Of a stretch of 64,000 nucleotides of DNA, positions 54,116-63,604 are shown piece after piece. Source of the DNA: Dehalococcoidia bacterium (GTDB lineage Bacteria > Chloroflexota > Dehalococcoidia > Bin125); contig OZ253456.1 of assembly GCA_965261225.1 (NCBI GenBank), positions 1,190,099-1,254,098 on the forward strand, in the 5' to 3' direction. A program made the position numbers and the translations under genes. How positions within the stretch are numbered: position 1 is the stretch's first letter; each line of letters opens with the position of its first letter. The notes under the pieces were generated by a model. The model was given only the letters and a program-made list of their open reading frames with translations, was not told the DNA's origin and made no database searches.

Positions 54116-56473
54116 TCAACCGGCTGCAGCAAGTCCGGCGCCTTGCTCCTGTTCCAGCGCCCACTCGAACAACGATGGCGAGGCTGGTTGCGCCTGGCGC
54201 CCGCGCCGCTTCGACGGCTGAGGCGGCTCAGCCATGAACTCGGTCCAACTGAACAGTGACGGCTGCGCTTGCGGCAATTTGTGATGGCCGCCGCAGGGAA
54301 CCAGTTCCAGTACCGATTCCTCATGGCGGTCGCTGGGGATCGTCACGACCAGCGGTCGCGCCTCCGGTTCGACGCGCTCCCAGCCGTCATCGACCAGCAA
54401 CGCGTCGGCGTCGGCCGCGACCTGCTGCGCCTGCTGGAAGATGTCTTCGACCGGCTCGTCGTCGGTCTCGCCGGCGATCAGCTTGCGCGCCAGGGCCATC
54501 ATCAGGTCGTCGCCGCTGTCGCCGTAGGCGGCCAGCCCGTCTTCGGGCAGGTCGCCCTCGACCGCCAGCGAGGATTGCAGCTTCTGCGCGACCAGCTTGA
54601 GCGCGTCGGCCTGCAGCGTCGAGCGGTAGGCCATGAACACGACCTTGACCGGCTCGCTCTGGCCGATTCGCCACGAGCGCCTGGAGGCCTGGCGCATCGT
54701 GTAGACCGAGTAGTCGGTCTCGTACCAGCAGATCGTCGGAAAGGCGATCAGGTCGAGTCCGGTCTGGACCAGCCTGGGGTGGCAGATCAGGACATCGACG
54801 CCTTCCTTGACCCGCTTCGCGACCCAGGCCTCGCGCTGCTTGGGTTCAACCCGGTCGGCCTTCATCACTGCGGTGCGGAAGCCGTGCCGGGTGAGCAACG
54901 ACTCCAGCCGGCCGGTGATGTCCCGCGTTCCGGTGTGGGTGGCGTAGACCAGCACCCGCCTTCCGGCCATCCGCTCCTTGGCTACCAGATCGATCAGCTG
55001 CTGCTCCTTGGGATAGACGCGCTCCTCGTCGAGCGGCGGCAGTTGCACGATCAAGTCGCCGGAGTCGGGGTCGAACACGGACTCGCCCCTGGTGCAACCC
55101 TCGGGATAGGCCAGTAGCGCCTGCAGGTAGGTCGAGAGCAGCCGCGCCGAGCCGCGCTCGATCGCCTGCAGCAGGGCCCGCTTGAGGTTCGTCGAGAGGA
55201 TGCGATAGGCCGAAGCCTGAGAGAATCCGCTGTCGTCCTCTTCGGTGTCCAAGCTCGTCACCTGGATCTGCTCCTCGTAGGCCGGCAGTCCCGAGGCGAC
55301 ATCAGCGAGGCGCAGGAACAGCGAGTGGCCGATGATGTGGAACAGCGCCGCCGGCGCCATCCCCGGCCGCTCCTTGACCTGCTTGCGGTAGCCGCGGCGG
55401 CGCGACTGCGAGCCGTCCTCAGTCGGATCGTCGTCACGGTCGTTGCGCACCCGCTGCTCGAGGAAGCCGTAACGCTCGACCCACTTGTGCTCCTCGGCGC
55501 GGCCGAACTCCGAGCGGATCTCCGGCGAGAAGCGGTAGAGCAGGTGGAACAGGGTTGAGGCGTGGCCGCCCATCAGGGTTCCCGAGAGGGCCAGCGACTT
55601 GCCGCAGGCGTCGGCCAGGATGCCGGCCGAGACGCCCTGCGCGGAGCCGCGACCCTTGTGTTCGTGCACTTCGTCCACGATCAGCAGGTCGAAGTAGCCG
55701 CGCATGCGCTGCTTGACGTAGTCGGCCAGGGGGTACTTGCGCGGGCCCCGGCCGGGCGACCGGCGAGCCATCAGACCGGCGTTGTAATCGGTCGTCACGT
55801 TCTGCACCGGACGCGCCTCGGCCGTCCACAAGGGCGTCCCGCACTTGGGGCACTTGTGACGCTTCTTGTTCAGCGCCGTGTGCGAGACGGGGACGCCTTC
55901 GCCATCCACGATCTGCGTGGTGCAGTCGGGACAGGCCGGGGTCATGACGAACGCGCCGGTCTGCTCGTCGCGTACGGGCAGGCCGTCCTCATCGGTGAGC
56001 CGGCGCATCCAGTAGGCGGGCCGGAAGCGGTGGCCCAACTTGGCCCGCGAGTGCGACATGACCACGTACTGGGGGCCGGAACCCTCCTGGCGGCGCAGTG
56101 CTTCGAGGTCGGTGATGCTGTCGGCGATGCCCGTGCGGACCAGCGGGATGGTCTCCTCGATCTCGCGCTGCCACTTGCCGACCAGGTGCGGCGGACAGAG
56201 CACCAGCACGCGGCGGAAGCCGGCCAGCTGCGCGGCGGCGATGCCGATGAACGTCTTGCCCACGCCCATTTCGCCGACGACGGTCGTGCCGCGCTGCTCG
56301 GTCAGGCTCAGCGCGGCGCCGCGGATCACGGTCTCCTGGGCGCCCATCGGTTGGCGCTTGAGCGGCGGCATCGGGCGGTCGTCCGCCGCCGGTCGGTACC
56401 TGGGTGGGTAGCTGTGGACGATCCGCTTGGTGATCGCCTCGCGGTAGGTGTCGATGAACTCTGAGAGGTTCAT
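54116..56473 (-). CDS. SNF2-family helicase with an internal zinc ribbon (phage/ICE-type)
   Basis: Walker A is GEMGVGKTFIGIAAA, DExH is LLIVDEVHEHKG, helicase motif VI is QASRRSWRIGQSEPVKVVFM, and the zinc ribbon is CPDCTTQIV...CPKCGTPLW. Confidence 0.8.
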   Translation of the reverse strand: MNLSEFIDTYREAITKRIVHSYPPRYRPAADDRPMPPLKRQPMGAQETVIRGAALSLTEQRGTTVVGEMGVGKTFIGIAAAQLAGFRRVLVLCPPHLVGKWQREIEETIPLVRTGIADSITDLEALRRQEGSGPQYVVMSHSRAKLGHRFRPAYWMRRLTDEDGLPVRDEQTGAFVMTPACPDCTTQIVDGEGVPVSHTALNKKRHKCPKCGTPLWTAEARPVQNVTTDYNAGLMARRSPGRGPRKYPLADYVKQRMRGYFDLLIVDEVHEHKGRGSAQGVSAGILADACGKSLALSGTLMGGHASTLFHLLYRFSPEIRSEFGRAEEHKWVERYGFLEQRVRNDRDDDPTEDGSQSRRRGYRKQVKERPGMAPAALFHIIGHSLFLRLADVASGLPAYEEQIQVTSLDTEEDDSGFSQASAYRILSTNLKRALLQAIERGSARLLSTYLQALLAYPEGCTRGESVFDPDSGDLIVQLPPLDEERVYPKEQQLIDLVAKERMAGRRVLVYATHTGTRDITGRLESLLTRHGFRTAVMKADRVEPKQREAWVAKRVKEGVDVLICHPRLVQTGLDLIAFPTICWYETDYSVYTMRQASRRSWRIGQSEPVKVVFMAYRSTLQADALKLVAQKLQSSLAVEGDLPEDGLAAYGDSGDDLMMALARKLIAGETDDEPVEDIFQQAQQVAADADALLVDDGWERVEPEARPLVVTIPSDRHEESVLELVPCGGHHKLPQAQPSLFSWTEFMAEPPQPSKRRGRQAQPASPSLFEWALEQEQGAGLAAAG

Positions 56474-56475
56474 GG

Positions 56476-56661
56476 TTACTCCTCAATGTGGGCCCGCGCG
56501 TCGCGGACGCAGTCGGGCAGGCTCTCGTAGTCGTCCCGGCTGCGGTTGCAGGCGCAGCACCAGGAGAAGGTTCCCGTGCCGGTCTCCTCGCCGTGCTCGT
56601 TGATGGTCACGGTCTTGTCGAAGTAGATCTGGCAACCTCGGTCGTTGATCCAGGGGTTCAT
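56476..56661 (-). CDS. Small Cys-containing protein (61 aa), translationally adjacent to the helicase gene
   Basis: The sequence MNPWINDRGCQIYFDK...FSWCCACNRSRDDYESLPDCVRDARAHIEE ends 3 nt before the helicase start. It is a typical small phage-module ORF. Confidence 0.35.
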   Translation of the reverse strand: MNPWINDRGCQIYFDKTVTINEHGEETGTGTFSWCCACNRSRDDYESLPDCVRDARAHIEE

Positions 56662-56902
56662 GCTTGGCGTTCCGTTCTAGCCCGACCGGCGACAGTGCGG
56701 GTCGGGCGGGCTGATGGTCTAGGCGCTGAGCGGGAGCGGCAGCTGTCGCTCGGGGGCGACGGTGCTGAGGCGCTCGGCCAACAGTCGGGCGTCGTCGCGG
56801 TCGGCGCAGTCGTCGAGGTCGATCCACTCGAGTTCGAGCAGCTCGGCGATGACCTGTCCGATCGTGACGTAGGCGTTGAAGTCCGGTAGCGGCGGCGTGC
56901 GC

Positions 56903-57136
56903 TCAGGCATCGGTCGCCAACCAGACGAGATCCGAGGGCTGCCAATCCACCAGTTCGACGTGGTCGTCGGGCTGCCAGTCGAACATCGGGAAGTCTCGCT
57001 CGCGGACGCCGCGGGCCTCTTGCCGTGCGCAGGTCGCGCACCGGTTGAGCGTGGGCGCCTCGGCGTCAGGCGTGAGGCTCTGGTCTCCGACTCGGTAACT
57101 CTCGCGGCAAGAGCCGCACTGGGTAGTCTGGGTCAT
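56903..57136 (-). CDS. Small zinc-ribbon protein
   Basis: The sequence MTQTTQCGSCRESYRVGDQ...LNRCATCARQE has two CxxC pairs. The listed ORF extends to 57265. Confidence 0.3.
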   Translation of the reverse strand: MTQTTQCGSCRESYRVGDQSLTPDAEAPTLNRCATCARQEARGVRERDFPMFDWQPDDHVELVDWQPSDLVWLATDA

Positions 57137-57198
57137 GTCAGTTCTCCGTATCTGACTAGAGCGGGCGAGGGGTACGATCCCTCGCTCGCTCGCTGGTT

Positions 57199-57489
57199 TC
57201 AGTTGGTGCAATCGCAGGGGTCGGGCGACTCCAGCGATTGCTCGATGAGGCCGCAGCCCGAACACTCCCAGCGGGTGAACCCGTGCTGGTGAAACTGCCG
57301 CCAGGTCTGGCGGCGAGGTTCGTCGTCCGTGATCCGGTCGACGCTGCGGGGCGTGTGCTGCGTCATGTAACCGCAGCCGTCGCAGGGTCCTCGGACGATC
57401 TCGGTCTCGTGGTACCGATAGTCGAAGTACTCGGCGGACGACTGGCGGCCGCAGCGGTCGCAGGCGTAGTGAACTCTGAGTCGGGGCAT
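57199..57489 (-). CDS. Zinc-ribbon protein (4 CxxC-type motifs)
   Basis: The motifs are CDRCGRQ, CDGCGY, CSGCGL and CDC, in 96 aa. Confidence 0.45.
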   Translation of the reverse strand: MPRLRVHYACDRCGRQSSAEYFDYRYHETEIVRGPCDGCGYMTQHTPRSVDRITDDEPRRQTWRQFHQHGFTRWECSGCGLIEQSLESPDPCDCTN

Positions 57490-57584
57490 GGTGGGTCTCC
57501 AGTTCCGGTGTGGGCGCTGTGAGTGGTGGCGCGCGTCGCGCCCGACCGCGCTTGGGGTCGTGAGATTGATTTGGTTCGGGGCTG

Positions 57585-58613
57585 TTACGCCTCGATCCGT
57601 TCGATCCGGCCCGTGTCGAGGTCGAGCGTGACCACGCTGGTGCAGAGTTGCTCGCGGTAGACGTCGTGCGTCTCGCCCTCCTCGACCAGGACCATCTCCT
57701 TCGTCGTGCGTCCCTTGACGAGGACGCGCGATTCGGGCGTTTCCAGTTCGAGGTTGTCGAGGAAGCCGGCCGCGACCAGCATCGCCAGGTGTCCCTTGCG
57801 CAGCGGCATCAACGGGCGCGTGGAGCGGTCGCTGGGCGGCCAGAACGCGTCCGTGATCTCCTCCTGGGTCCAGAGACCGCGCGCGCGTGCCTCGGCGACC
57901 GCCTTCTGGAAGTCGATCACCCGAGTCGTGAACATCGCCGCTCCGGGCGGCGAGTGCCCCACGTCGTAGACGGGTTGCAGGTCCTGACGCAGCGGCGTCA
58001 GCTCGTCGATACTCCCGAGCAAGTCGTTCATCGCCCGAGCGTCAGGTCGCGGATGTTCCTTGCGCAGACCCATGACCACGACCTGGTTGAACTGCTCGAT
58101 CTCGGGCTCGGGGAACGCCCAGGCCCGGACGCGGGCGTAGTTCGTGGTCAGGAACCGCGCCGAGGTCGCGATCTGCGCACGCGGGATGATGTAGACGAGC
58201 ACGCCCGAGGGCTCCAGGTAGCGGGTGCAGTGGGTCAGGAACGCGTGCTCGACCCGCTTGTCTTCGCGGTCGTGGTCGTAGGGCGGGTTCAACCAGAGCA
58301 GATTGAACGTGCGGTTGGCGATCGAACAGCGGAAGAGGTCGCTGGCCAGCGCGTGGTCGAGCTGTTCCGCCGCCTGCTGCGCGCGCTCGGTCTGCAGTTC
58401 GACGCCGTAGGTCTCAACCGTCATGCTGCGCTTGATCGAATCGGCCAGCTGCCGCAGGGCGTCGCCCGGGCCGCAGCAGGGGTCGAGCAGTCGGACGATC
58501 TGGTCGCGGTTGCGGCTGTAGCGGATCGGCGCCATCAGCAGCGAGCGGATGTAGTCGACTACGCGCGGCGGCGTGGGGTAGTAGCCGCCTTTGGCTTGTC
58601 CGGCGAGTCTCAT
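57585..58613 (-). CDS. SAM-dependent DNA methyltransferase (N6-adenine/N4-cytosine type, NPPY motif); no adjacent restriction partner
   Basis: Motif I is VRLLDPCCGPGDAL and motif IV is LLWLNPPYDHD. It sits in a phage-like gene block with no cognate endonuclease nearby. Confidence 0.75.
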   Translation of the reverse strand: MRLAGQAKGGYYPTPPRVVDYIRSLLMAPIRYSRNRDQIVRLLDPCCGPGDALRQLADSIKRSMTVETYGVELQTERAQQAAEQLDHALASDLFRCSIANRTFNLLWLNPPYDHDREDKRVEHAFLTHCTRYLEPSGVLVYIIPRAQIATSARFLTTNYARVRAWAFPEPEIEQFNQVVVMGLRKEHPRPDARAMNDLLGSIDELTPLRQDLQPVYDVGHSPPGAAMFTTRVIDFQKAVAEARARGLWTQEEITDAFWPPSDRSTRPLMPLRKGHLAMLVAAGFLDNLELETPESRVLVKGRTTKEMVLVEEGETHDVYREQLCTSVVTLDLDTGRIERIEA

Positions 58614-58972
58614 TGGTTGTCTTCCTTTCGGTTGTCGGCCTCAACGAGGCTGATCAGGTGGTCTTCGAGGTCTTCGGCGATCTGGGGATCTGCCAGCCGG
58701 ACTCCTGCGGTTGCAGTAGCCAGCCGGCCGTCTCCCCCGGACCGCGTTGGACCGTGATGATGATCTGGTCGTCTGACGCTTCGGTCATTGGTTCTCCTCC
58801 CGGTACTGCTCAAGCAGGTTGAGCAGGTGGTCGTGGATGTCCTCGTGGAAGCCTTCGTCGATCTGCGATCCGTCCTCCTTGAGGTCGAAGTTGTAGATCG
58901 CGGTGATCTCCTCGCCGGCGATATCGTGTTCGCCGGCTCGGGTCTCGACGGTGACCGCGACGTAGCGATGAC

Positions 58973-59647
58973 TCATGCGGGTGCGCCGTTCAGTTCACGC
59001 GGCAGCTTGAGCGCGCCGTACTTGACAGCCGCCGAGAGCTCCGATTCGAGCAGGTCCGGGTCGTGGTAGCAGGACCAGGCGTGCAGGCCCTCCGACTTGA
59101 GCGGTCTGATCGCTCCGCTGTCGAGCCCGTGTTCCCAGAGCCAGTCGGCCCAGCTGTGATGCAGCGGCAGCTCGCTGCGCTGGTTGAGGAAGCGCAAGTG
59201 CAGCGCCGGCGCTTCGGCGGCGTCCGGAGTCAACAGCAGGAAGGCGTCGCGCTCAAACGAGAGTTCCGCCATCTGCGTGTAGACCATCGCGTGCCAGGCG
59301 CCCGCCTGCGGCAACCGCGCGATCTTGGTCTTCCAGGTGCCGATGCTGCTCTCGGGGATCTGATAGCTCTCGTAGCCGCCCTCGTGGATACCGTCGGCCG
59401 CGCCTTTGATCAGGAACGCGGGTTGCGGCGGTGAGTTGAGCAGCGCCGCCCAGATCGCCTTGAGCGAGGTCTGGGCGCCGACCATCGAAACGAACCAGAG
59501 CTGGTTCTGCTCGGGGTCGGAGGCGAACGCGTCGACCGTGGCCGAGAAGCCGCCGGCCGTAATCGTGTAAAGCTGGGTTGCCTGCCCCGCACTTGATGCG
59601 GGCGAGAGCTCATCTCCTGAGGGAGACGTGGTGTGGGTGTCGAGCAT
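58973..59647 (-). CDS. Hypothetical protein (224 aa) in the phage-like module
   Basis: It is co-oriented and tightly packed with flanking module genes (its start overlaps the upstream small ORF). Confidence 0.4.
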   Translation of the reverse strand: MLDTHTTSPSGDELSPASSAGQATQLYTITAGGFSATVDAFASDPEQNQLWFVSMVGAQTSLKAIWAALLNSPPQPAFLIKGAADGIHEGGYESYQIPESSIGTWKTKIARLPQAGAWHAMVYTQMAELSFERDAFLLLTPDAAEAPALHLRFLNQRSELPLHHSWADWLWEHGLDSGAIRPLKSEGLHAWSCYHDPDLLESELSAAVKYGALKLPRELNGAPA

Positions 59648-59686
59648 GGCTCGTCCTTTCGTTGAATGCGGTGTTGGGGAGCGGGC

Positions 59687-60226
59687 TCAGGCGAGGAGGC
59701 CCTGGCCCTTGAGGCTGGTCCAGCCGTCCGAGCCGACCACGACGTGGTCGAGCAGTTCGATACCCAGGAGCTGGCCGACCTCGACCAGGTCCTTGGAGAG
59801 CTTGATGTCGTCGCGGCTCGGTTCGGGGTCGCCCGAGGGATGGTTGTGCACGACCACGATGTGCGGCACGGCCTCGACCACGGCGGGGCGGAAGACCTCG
59901 GCCGGGCGGACCAGCGCGCAATAACCATTGCCCCCCGATCGAGTCGGGGGCAGGCTCTGGTAGATCGTGCGCTGGCCGACGACGCGGTTCTTGCGGTCGA
60001 GCAAGACCCGCACTTGTTCCTGGGCGAGCCGCGACATCTCCTCGCCGAGCAGCTCGACGACCGTCTCGGGCCGGTAGATGGTGGGCATGTCCAAGGGCCG
60101 CTCGGGCCGGGTCTCGACCTCGTAGCGGATCGCCAGTTCGCCGAGCAGGTTGAGGTTCTGGCGCAGGGCGTCGAGCAGCGCCTGCTGCTCGGCGTTCGCG
60201 GGGATGGTTTCGGTCAGGGTGGTCAT
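59687..60226 (-). CDS. radC: RadC-family JAB/MPN-domain protein
   Basis: The JAMM motif is HIVVVHNHPSGDPEPSRDDIKLSKDLVEVGQLLGIELLDHVVVG. Confidence 0.8.
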   Translation of the reverse strand: MTTLTETIPANAEQQALLDALRQNLNLLGELAIRYEVETRPERPLDMPTIYRPETVVELLGEEMSRLAQEQVRVLLDRKNRVVGQRTIYQSLPPTRSGGNGYCALVRPAEVFRPAVVEAVPHIVVVHNHPSGDPEPSRDDIKLSKDLVEVGQLLGIELLDHVVVGSDGWTSLKGQGLLA

Positions 60227-60335
60227 CTCGGGTTCCTTTCAGGTAGTGGGAACGAAGCGGGGCCGCTCCCCTCGTTGGTGGGAGAGCGGCCCCGTGATGC
60301 GCCTCGGTAGAGGCGTCGGTTCGTGTGATGTGTGA

Positions 60336-60734
60336 CTAGAAGGGTTGGTCGCTCCCCGATCGAGTCGGGGACAGGCTGTCCGACTGGCGGCCGTTGCCCT
60401 GGCCATTGCCATTACGGCTGTCGAGGAAGACGACTTCGTTCGCGTGGACCTCGGTCGTCTGACGGCGCTGGCCGTCCTGGTCCTCCCAGCTGTCGTAGCC
60501 GAGCCGGCCCGCGGCGTAGATCCGGTCGCCCTTCCGGACGTACTCGGCGACGGCCTCGGCGGTCTTGCCCCAGACCACGAGGTTGTGCCAGTCGGTCTGG
60601 CTCTCCCCGTTTCCGTTGCGGCGGTCGGTCGCCAGCCGCAAGCGGCAGACGGCGGTCCCGTTCTTGGTCTGGCGCAGTTCGGGTTCGGTCCCGACCCGGC
60701 CCAGGAGTTCGATTCGGTTGATCGTTCGTGACAT
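60336..60734 (-). CDS. ssb: Single-stranded DNA-binding protein (copy 1)
   Basis: The OB-fold is INRIELLGRVGTEPELRQTKNGTAVCRLRLATDRR...DWHNLVVWGKTAEAVAEYVRKGDRIYAAGRL...EVHANEVVFL, with a Gly-rich tail ending DQPF. The listed ORF extends to 60818. Confidence 0.85.
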   Translation of the reverse strand: MSRTINRIELLGRVGTEPELRQTKNGTAVCRLRLATDRRNGNGESQTDWHNLVVWGKTAEAVAEYVRKGDRIYAAGRLGYDSWEDQDGQRRQTTEVHANEVVFLDSRNGNGQGNGRQSDSLSPTRSGSDQPF

Positions 60735-60878
60735 TGGTCGTGCTCCTTTCAGAGAGCGCGTGTTGGCGCGGGACTCCCGCGCCTGTGTGCGAAACAGAAG
60801 CGGGTCCGCCCTCCGCATTGGTGGGAGAGCGGCCCCGAAGTGCGCCTCAGCGAAGGCGTCAGATGGCGTGATTGGTGA

Positions 60879-61247
60879 CTAGAAGGGTTGGTCACCACCG
60901 GACTGGCGACCGTTACCCGTCCCGTTGCGCGAGTCGAGGAAAACGACCTCGTTCGCGTGGACTTCGGTTGTCTGACGGCGCTGGCCGTCCTGGTCCTCCC
61001 AGCTGTCGTAGCCGAGCCGGCCCGCGGCGTAGATCCGGTCGCCCTTGTGGACGTACTCGGCGACGGCCTCGGCGGTCTTTCCCCAGCAGATGAGGTTGTG
61101 CCAGTCGGTCTGGCTCTCGCCGCCCGAGTTGCGGCGGTCGGTCGCCAACCGCAAGCGGCAGACGGCCGTGCCGTTCTTGGTCTGGCGCAGTTCGGGGTCG
61201 GTTCCGACCCGGCCCAGGAGTTCGATCCGGTTGATCGTGCGTGACAT
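60879..61247 (-). CDS. ssb: Single-stranded DNA-binding protein (copy 2, tandem paralog, about 90% identical)
   Basis: The sequence MSRTINRIELLGRVGTDPELRQTKNGTAVCRLRLATDRRNSGGESQTDWHNLICWGKTAEAVAEYVHKGDRIYAAGRLGYDSWEDQDGQRRQTTEVHANEVVFL ends in DQPF. Confidence 0.85.
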   Translation of the reverse strand: MSRTINRIELLGRVGTDPELRQTKNGTAVCRLRLATDRRNSGGESQTDWHNLICWGKTAEAVAEYVHKGDRIYAAGRLGYDSWEDQDGQRRQTTEVHANEVVFLDSRNGTGNGRQSGGDQPF

Positions 61248-61397
61248 TGGTAGTGCTCCTTTCAGAGAGCGTGTGTTGGCGCGGCCTGCCCCCGACTTGA
61301 TCGGTGGACTGCCCGCGCCTGTAGGAAACGAAAGCGGGGCCGACCTCCAATGTGTGGAGACCGGCCCCGTGTTCTGACCTCTCAGAGGAGGGGTCGC

Positions 61398-62462
61398 CTA
61401 GCTGACTCGGAGGTATTCCGAGGTTTGCTCGGTCACGATCTCGGCCCGCTGTTCGGGTTCGAGCAGCGCGTTGAGCCGCTTGTGGTCGACCGCGTAACGG
61501 CGACTCGTGACCATGCCGACGATGCGGGTCTTCTCGGATCCCTCCAGCTTGGCCTTGGCTTCTCCTTTCCCTTGCAGCCACTGCTGGAGAGTCTTGAGCG
61601 CGACTCGCTTGTCGGCGTCGAGCGACTTGAGCTGTCGTTGGACCTGCTCGTACTCGCGCAGCGCGCCTTGCGCCGCCTCGTCCGACACCGGCTCGACCGG
61701 CTCGATTTCGGCCTCGTCGGACGCCTCAATCGCCTGGCCGGGCTGGCAGGCGTTGAGGTAGGGGCAGCGGCGGCATTGCCAGTCCGAAGCCTCGAAGTCG
61801 CGTTCCGGCAACGCCTCGGGGTCGGGACCGCATGCCTGGTAGCGGTCGGCGAGCGGCGCCAGCCGTTCGCAGGCTCGGTCCCAGGCCCGCTCGATGCGGT
61901 CGGCTGGGATTACTTCGTAGTCCCAGCGCCGCGAACCCGTGTCGAGCGTGGCGATCACTGTCTCGCGGAAATCGCCGTAGACCCCGAGCGTGTAACAGGC
62001 GGCCTGGGCCACCGACTCGGGGTGGCTGCGCTCGGCGCCCAGCGTCTGCCAGCGCTTGAACGCCTCGGGGCCGCGCGTCTTGACCTCGATCACCCGTTCG
62101 TCGCCGAACAGTTCGATCGCGCCGGTCGCGTCGGGGTGACCGGTCACGGTCAGTCCCGGCACGGCCTCAACCGCGACTTGCAGCGGCGCCTGCGGGTCGG
62201 CCGGGGTGACCGTCCAGAACCGGCGCTGCATGGCGCGGACGACGACCGGTTCGAGCGCCTGGCCGACTTCGAGCACGGTCTTGGTCTCGTCCGACATCGG
62301 GTTGGTCACCTCCTGCTCGGTGGCCGCGTACCAGAGGGCGCGGCGGCACTGGCCCAGGGCGGAGGCGCGGACTTCGATCCGTCCGTCGTCGGTGAACCGC
62401 GCGGCAGGGCGGTCGAAGACGCGAGAGCGGCTCGGAGTCAGGGGTGGGTTGCTGAGGGTCAT
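61398..62462 (-). CDS. PD-(D/E)XK-type exonuclease (YqaJ/lambda-Exo-like), likely partner of the annealing protein
   Basis: It has the D...ExK pattern GHPDATGAIELFGDERVIEVKTRG, and a CxxC pair later (CRRCPYLNAC). It lies directly downstream of the Rad52-like gene, in the order typical of phage recombination modules. Confidence 0.55.
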   Translation of the reverse strand: MTLSNPPLTPSRSRVFDRPAARFTDDGRIEVRASALGQCRRALWYAATEQEVTNPMSDETKTVLEVGQALEPVVVRAMQRRFWTVTPADPQAPLQVAVEAVPGLTVTGHPDATGAIELFGDERVIEVKTRGPEAFKRWQTLGAERSHPESVAQAACYTLGVYGDFRETVIATLDTGSRRWDYEVIPADRIERAWDRACERLAPLADRYQACGPDPEALPERDFEASDWQCRRCPYLNACQPGQAIEASDEAEIEPVEPVSDEAAQGALREYEQVQRQLKSLDADKRVALKTLQQWLQGKGEAKAKLEGSEKTRIVGMVTSRRYAVDHKRLNALLEPEQRAEIVTEQTSEYLRVS

Positions 62463-62548
62463 GGTGGATACCTTTCTGGGTTCCGGTAGAGAGGAAGAGC
62501 GGGGCCGCCACTTCAGTGCGCGGCCCCGCTGTGCTCGGTGGGCTGGGG

Positions 62549-63454
62549 CTAGCTGTGCTCGGCCTGCTGCCGCTGTTCGAGCTTCTCGGCGGCGGAGGCG
62601 ATCAGCGGGTTGATCTCGTCCGGGCCGAGTTCGTCCAGCGGGCGACCGGTCTTGGCTTCGACGGCGGCGCGGACTTGCTGCTCGGAGAAGCCCTGCTGCG
62701 CGCTCAGCTCGATCAGGTGCGCGCGCAGGTTTACGGCATCGCGCCCGTCGTCCCGGACCGGTTCCGCCGACGGTTGAGCAACCCGGCGTCGCGGCTGCTG
62801 CTGGGCGCTGCGTTCGGACGGTTGCTGCCGGCGAGGCTGTGAGGCCGGTTCGGACTGTCGGCCGTTGCGCGTGTTCGTTGGCGGGTCTCCGTAGAGGCCG
62901 TTGCCGAAGCGGTCGCCGAAGCTGCGCAAGGCTCGCTTGAGTGCGTCGGTGACCGCCCCTTTGAAGGCCGTTTCGTGGCCGTCCGCGGGCTCGCCCGTGA
63001 CCGCCTGGAAGCCGACGTCGGTGCGCGAAGGCGCGCCCGGCACCGTGACCCGGACCATCGCCGAGTAGGCGGCGCTGCGCGTGACTTCGCCGGTGCGCGA
63101 GTCTGTGGACTCGATCTGCCGCATGGTCACATCGCCAATCAACTCATAGCCCCAACCGCCGAATCCGAAGATCCGGTTGGCCTGATCGATCGCTGTGTGG
63201 CCCTCGATGTAGTCGAACTTACGTCCGCCGCGGCCCTTGCGCTGCGAGACCAGCGCCGGGTCGAGCGGTTGCGCCAGCGCGTCGCTGACGACCGGCGCCA
63301 GCGCGTCCCAGTGCAGCGCCTCCATCGCGCTCGACGTGGGGATGTGCTCGAGGATCGTGGGGGCCGCGCCGTTCGGTCGCGAACCGTTTCCGTTCCTGCG
63401 AACCGCTGTCGCGGTTCCATTTCCGTTGCTGTTGCGGTGAGTTCCGTTGTTCAT
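62549..63454 (-). CDS. Rad52/Sak-family single-strand annealing protein
   Basis: The signature is RKFDYIEGHTAIDQANRIFGFGGWGYEL...AVTDALKRALRSFGDRFGNGLYGD. The listed ORF extends to 63535, so the likely start is MNNGTHRN. Confidence 0.7.
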   Translation of the reverse strand: MNNGTHRNSNGNGTATAVRRNGNGSRPNGAAPTILEHIPTSSAMEALHWDALAPVVSDALAQPLDPALVSQRKGRGGRKFDYIEGHTAIDQANRIFGFGGWGYELIGDVTMRQIESTDSRTGEVTRSAAYSAMVRVTVPGAPSRTDVGFQAVTGEPADGHETAFKGAVTDALKRALRSFGDRFGNGLYGDPPTNTRNGRQSEPASQPRRQQPSERSAQQQPRRRVAQPSAEPVRDDGRDAVNLRAHLIELSAQQGFSEQQVRAAVEAKTGRPLDELGPDEINPLIASAAEKLEQRQQAEHS

Positions 63455-63604
63455 CTCGTACTCCTCATTCAGTGGTGTGCGTGGTTGGTGAGCGCGGTTG
63501 CCCGTTGGGGCAACCGTGAGCCGTGCCGCGGGCACGGTCGGCCAGGGGCCATAGGCAGGCCCTCCGTTCGTTTGATTGGGTCTCGTGAGTTGGTGGGTTG
63601 GCAG

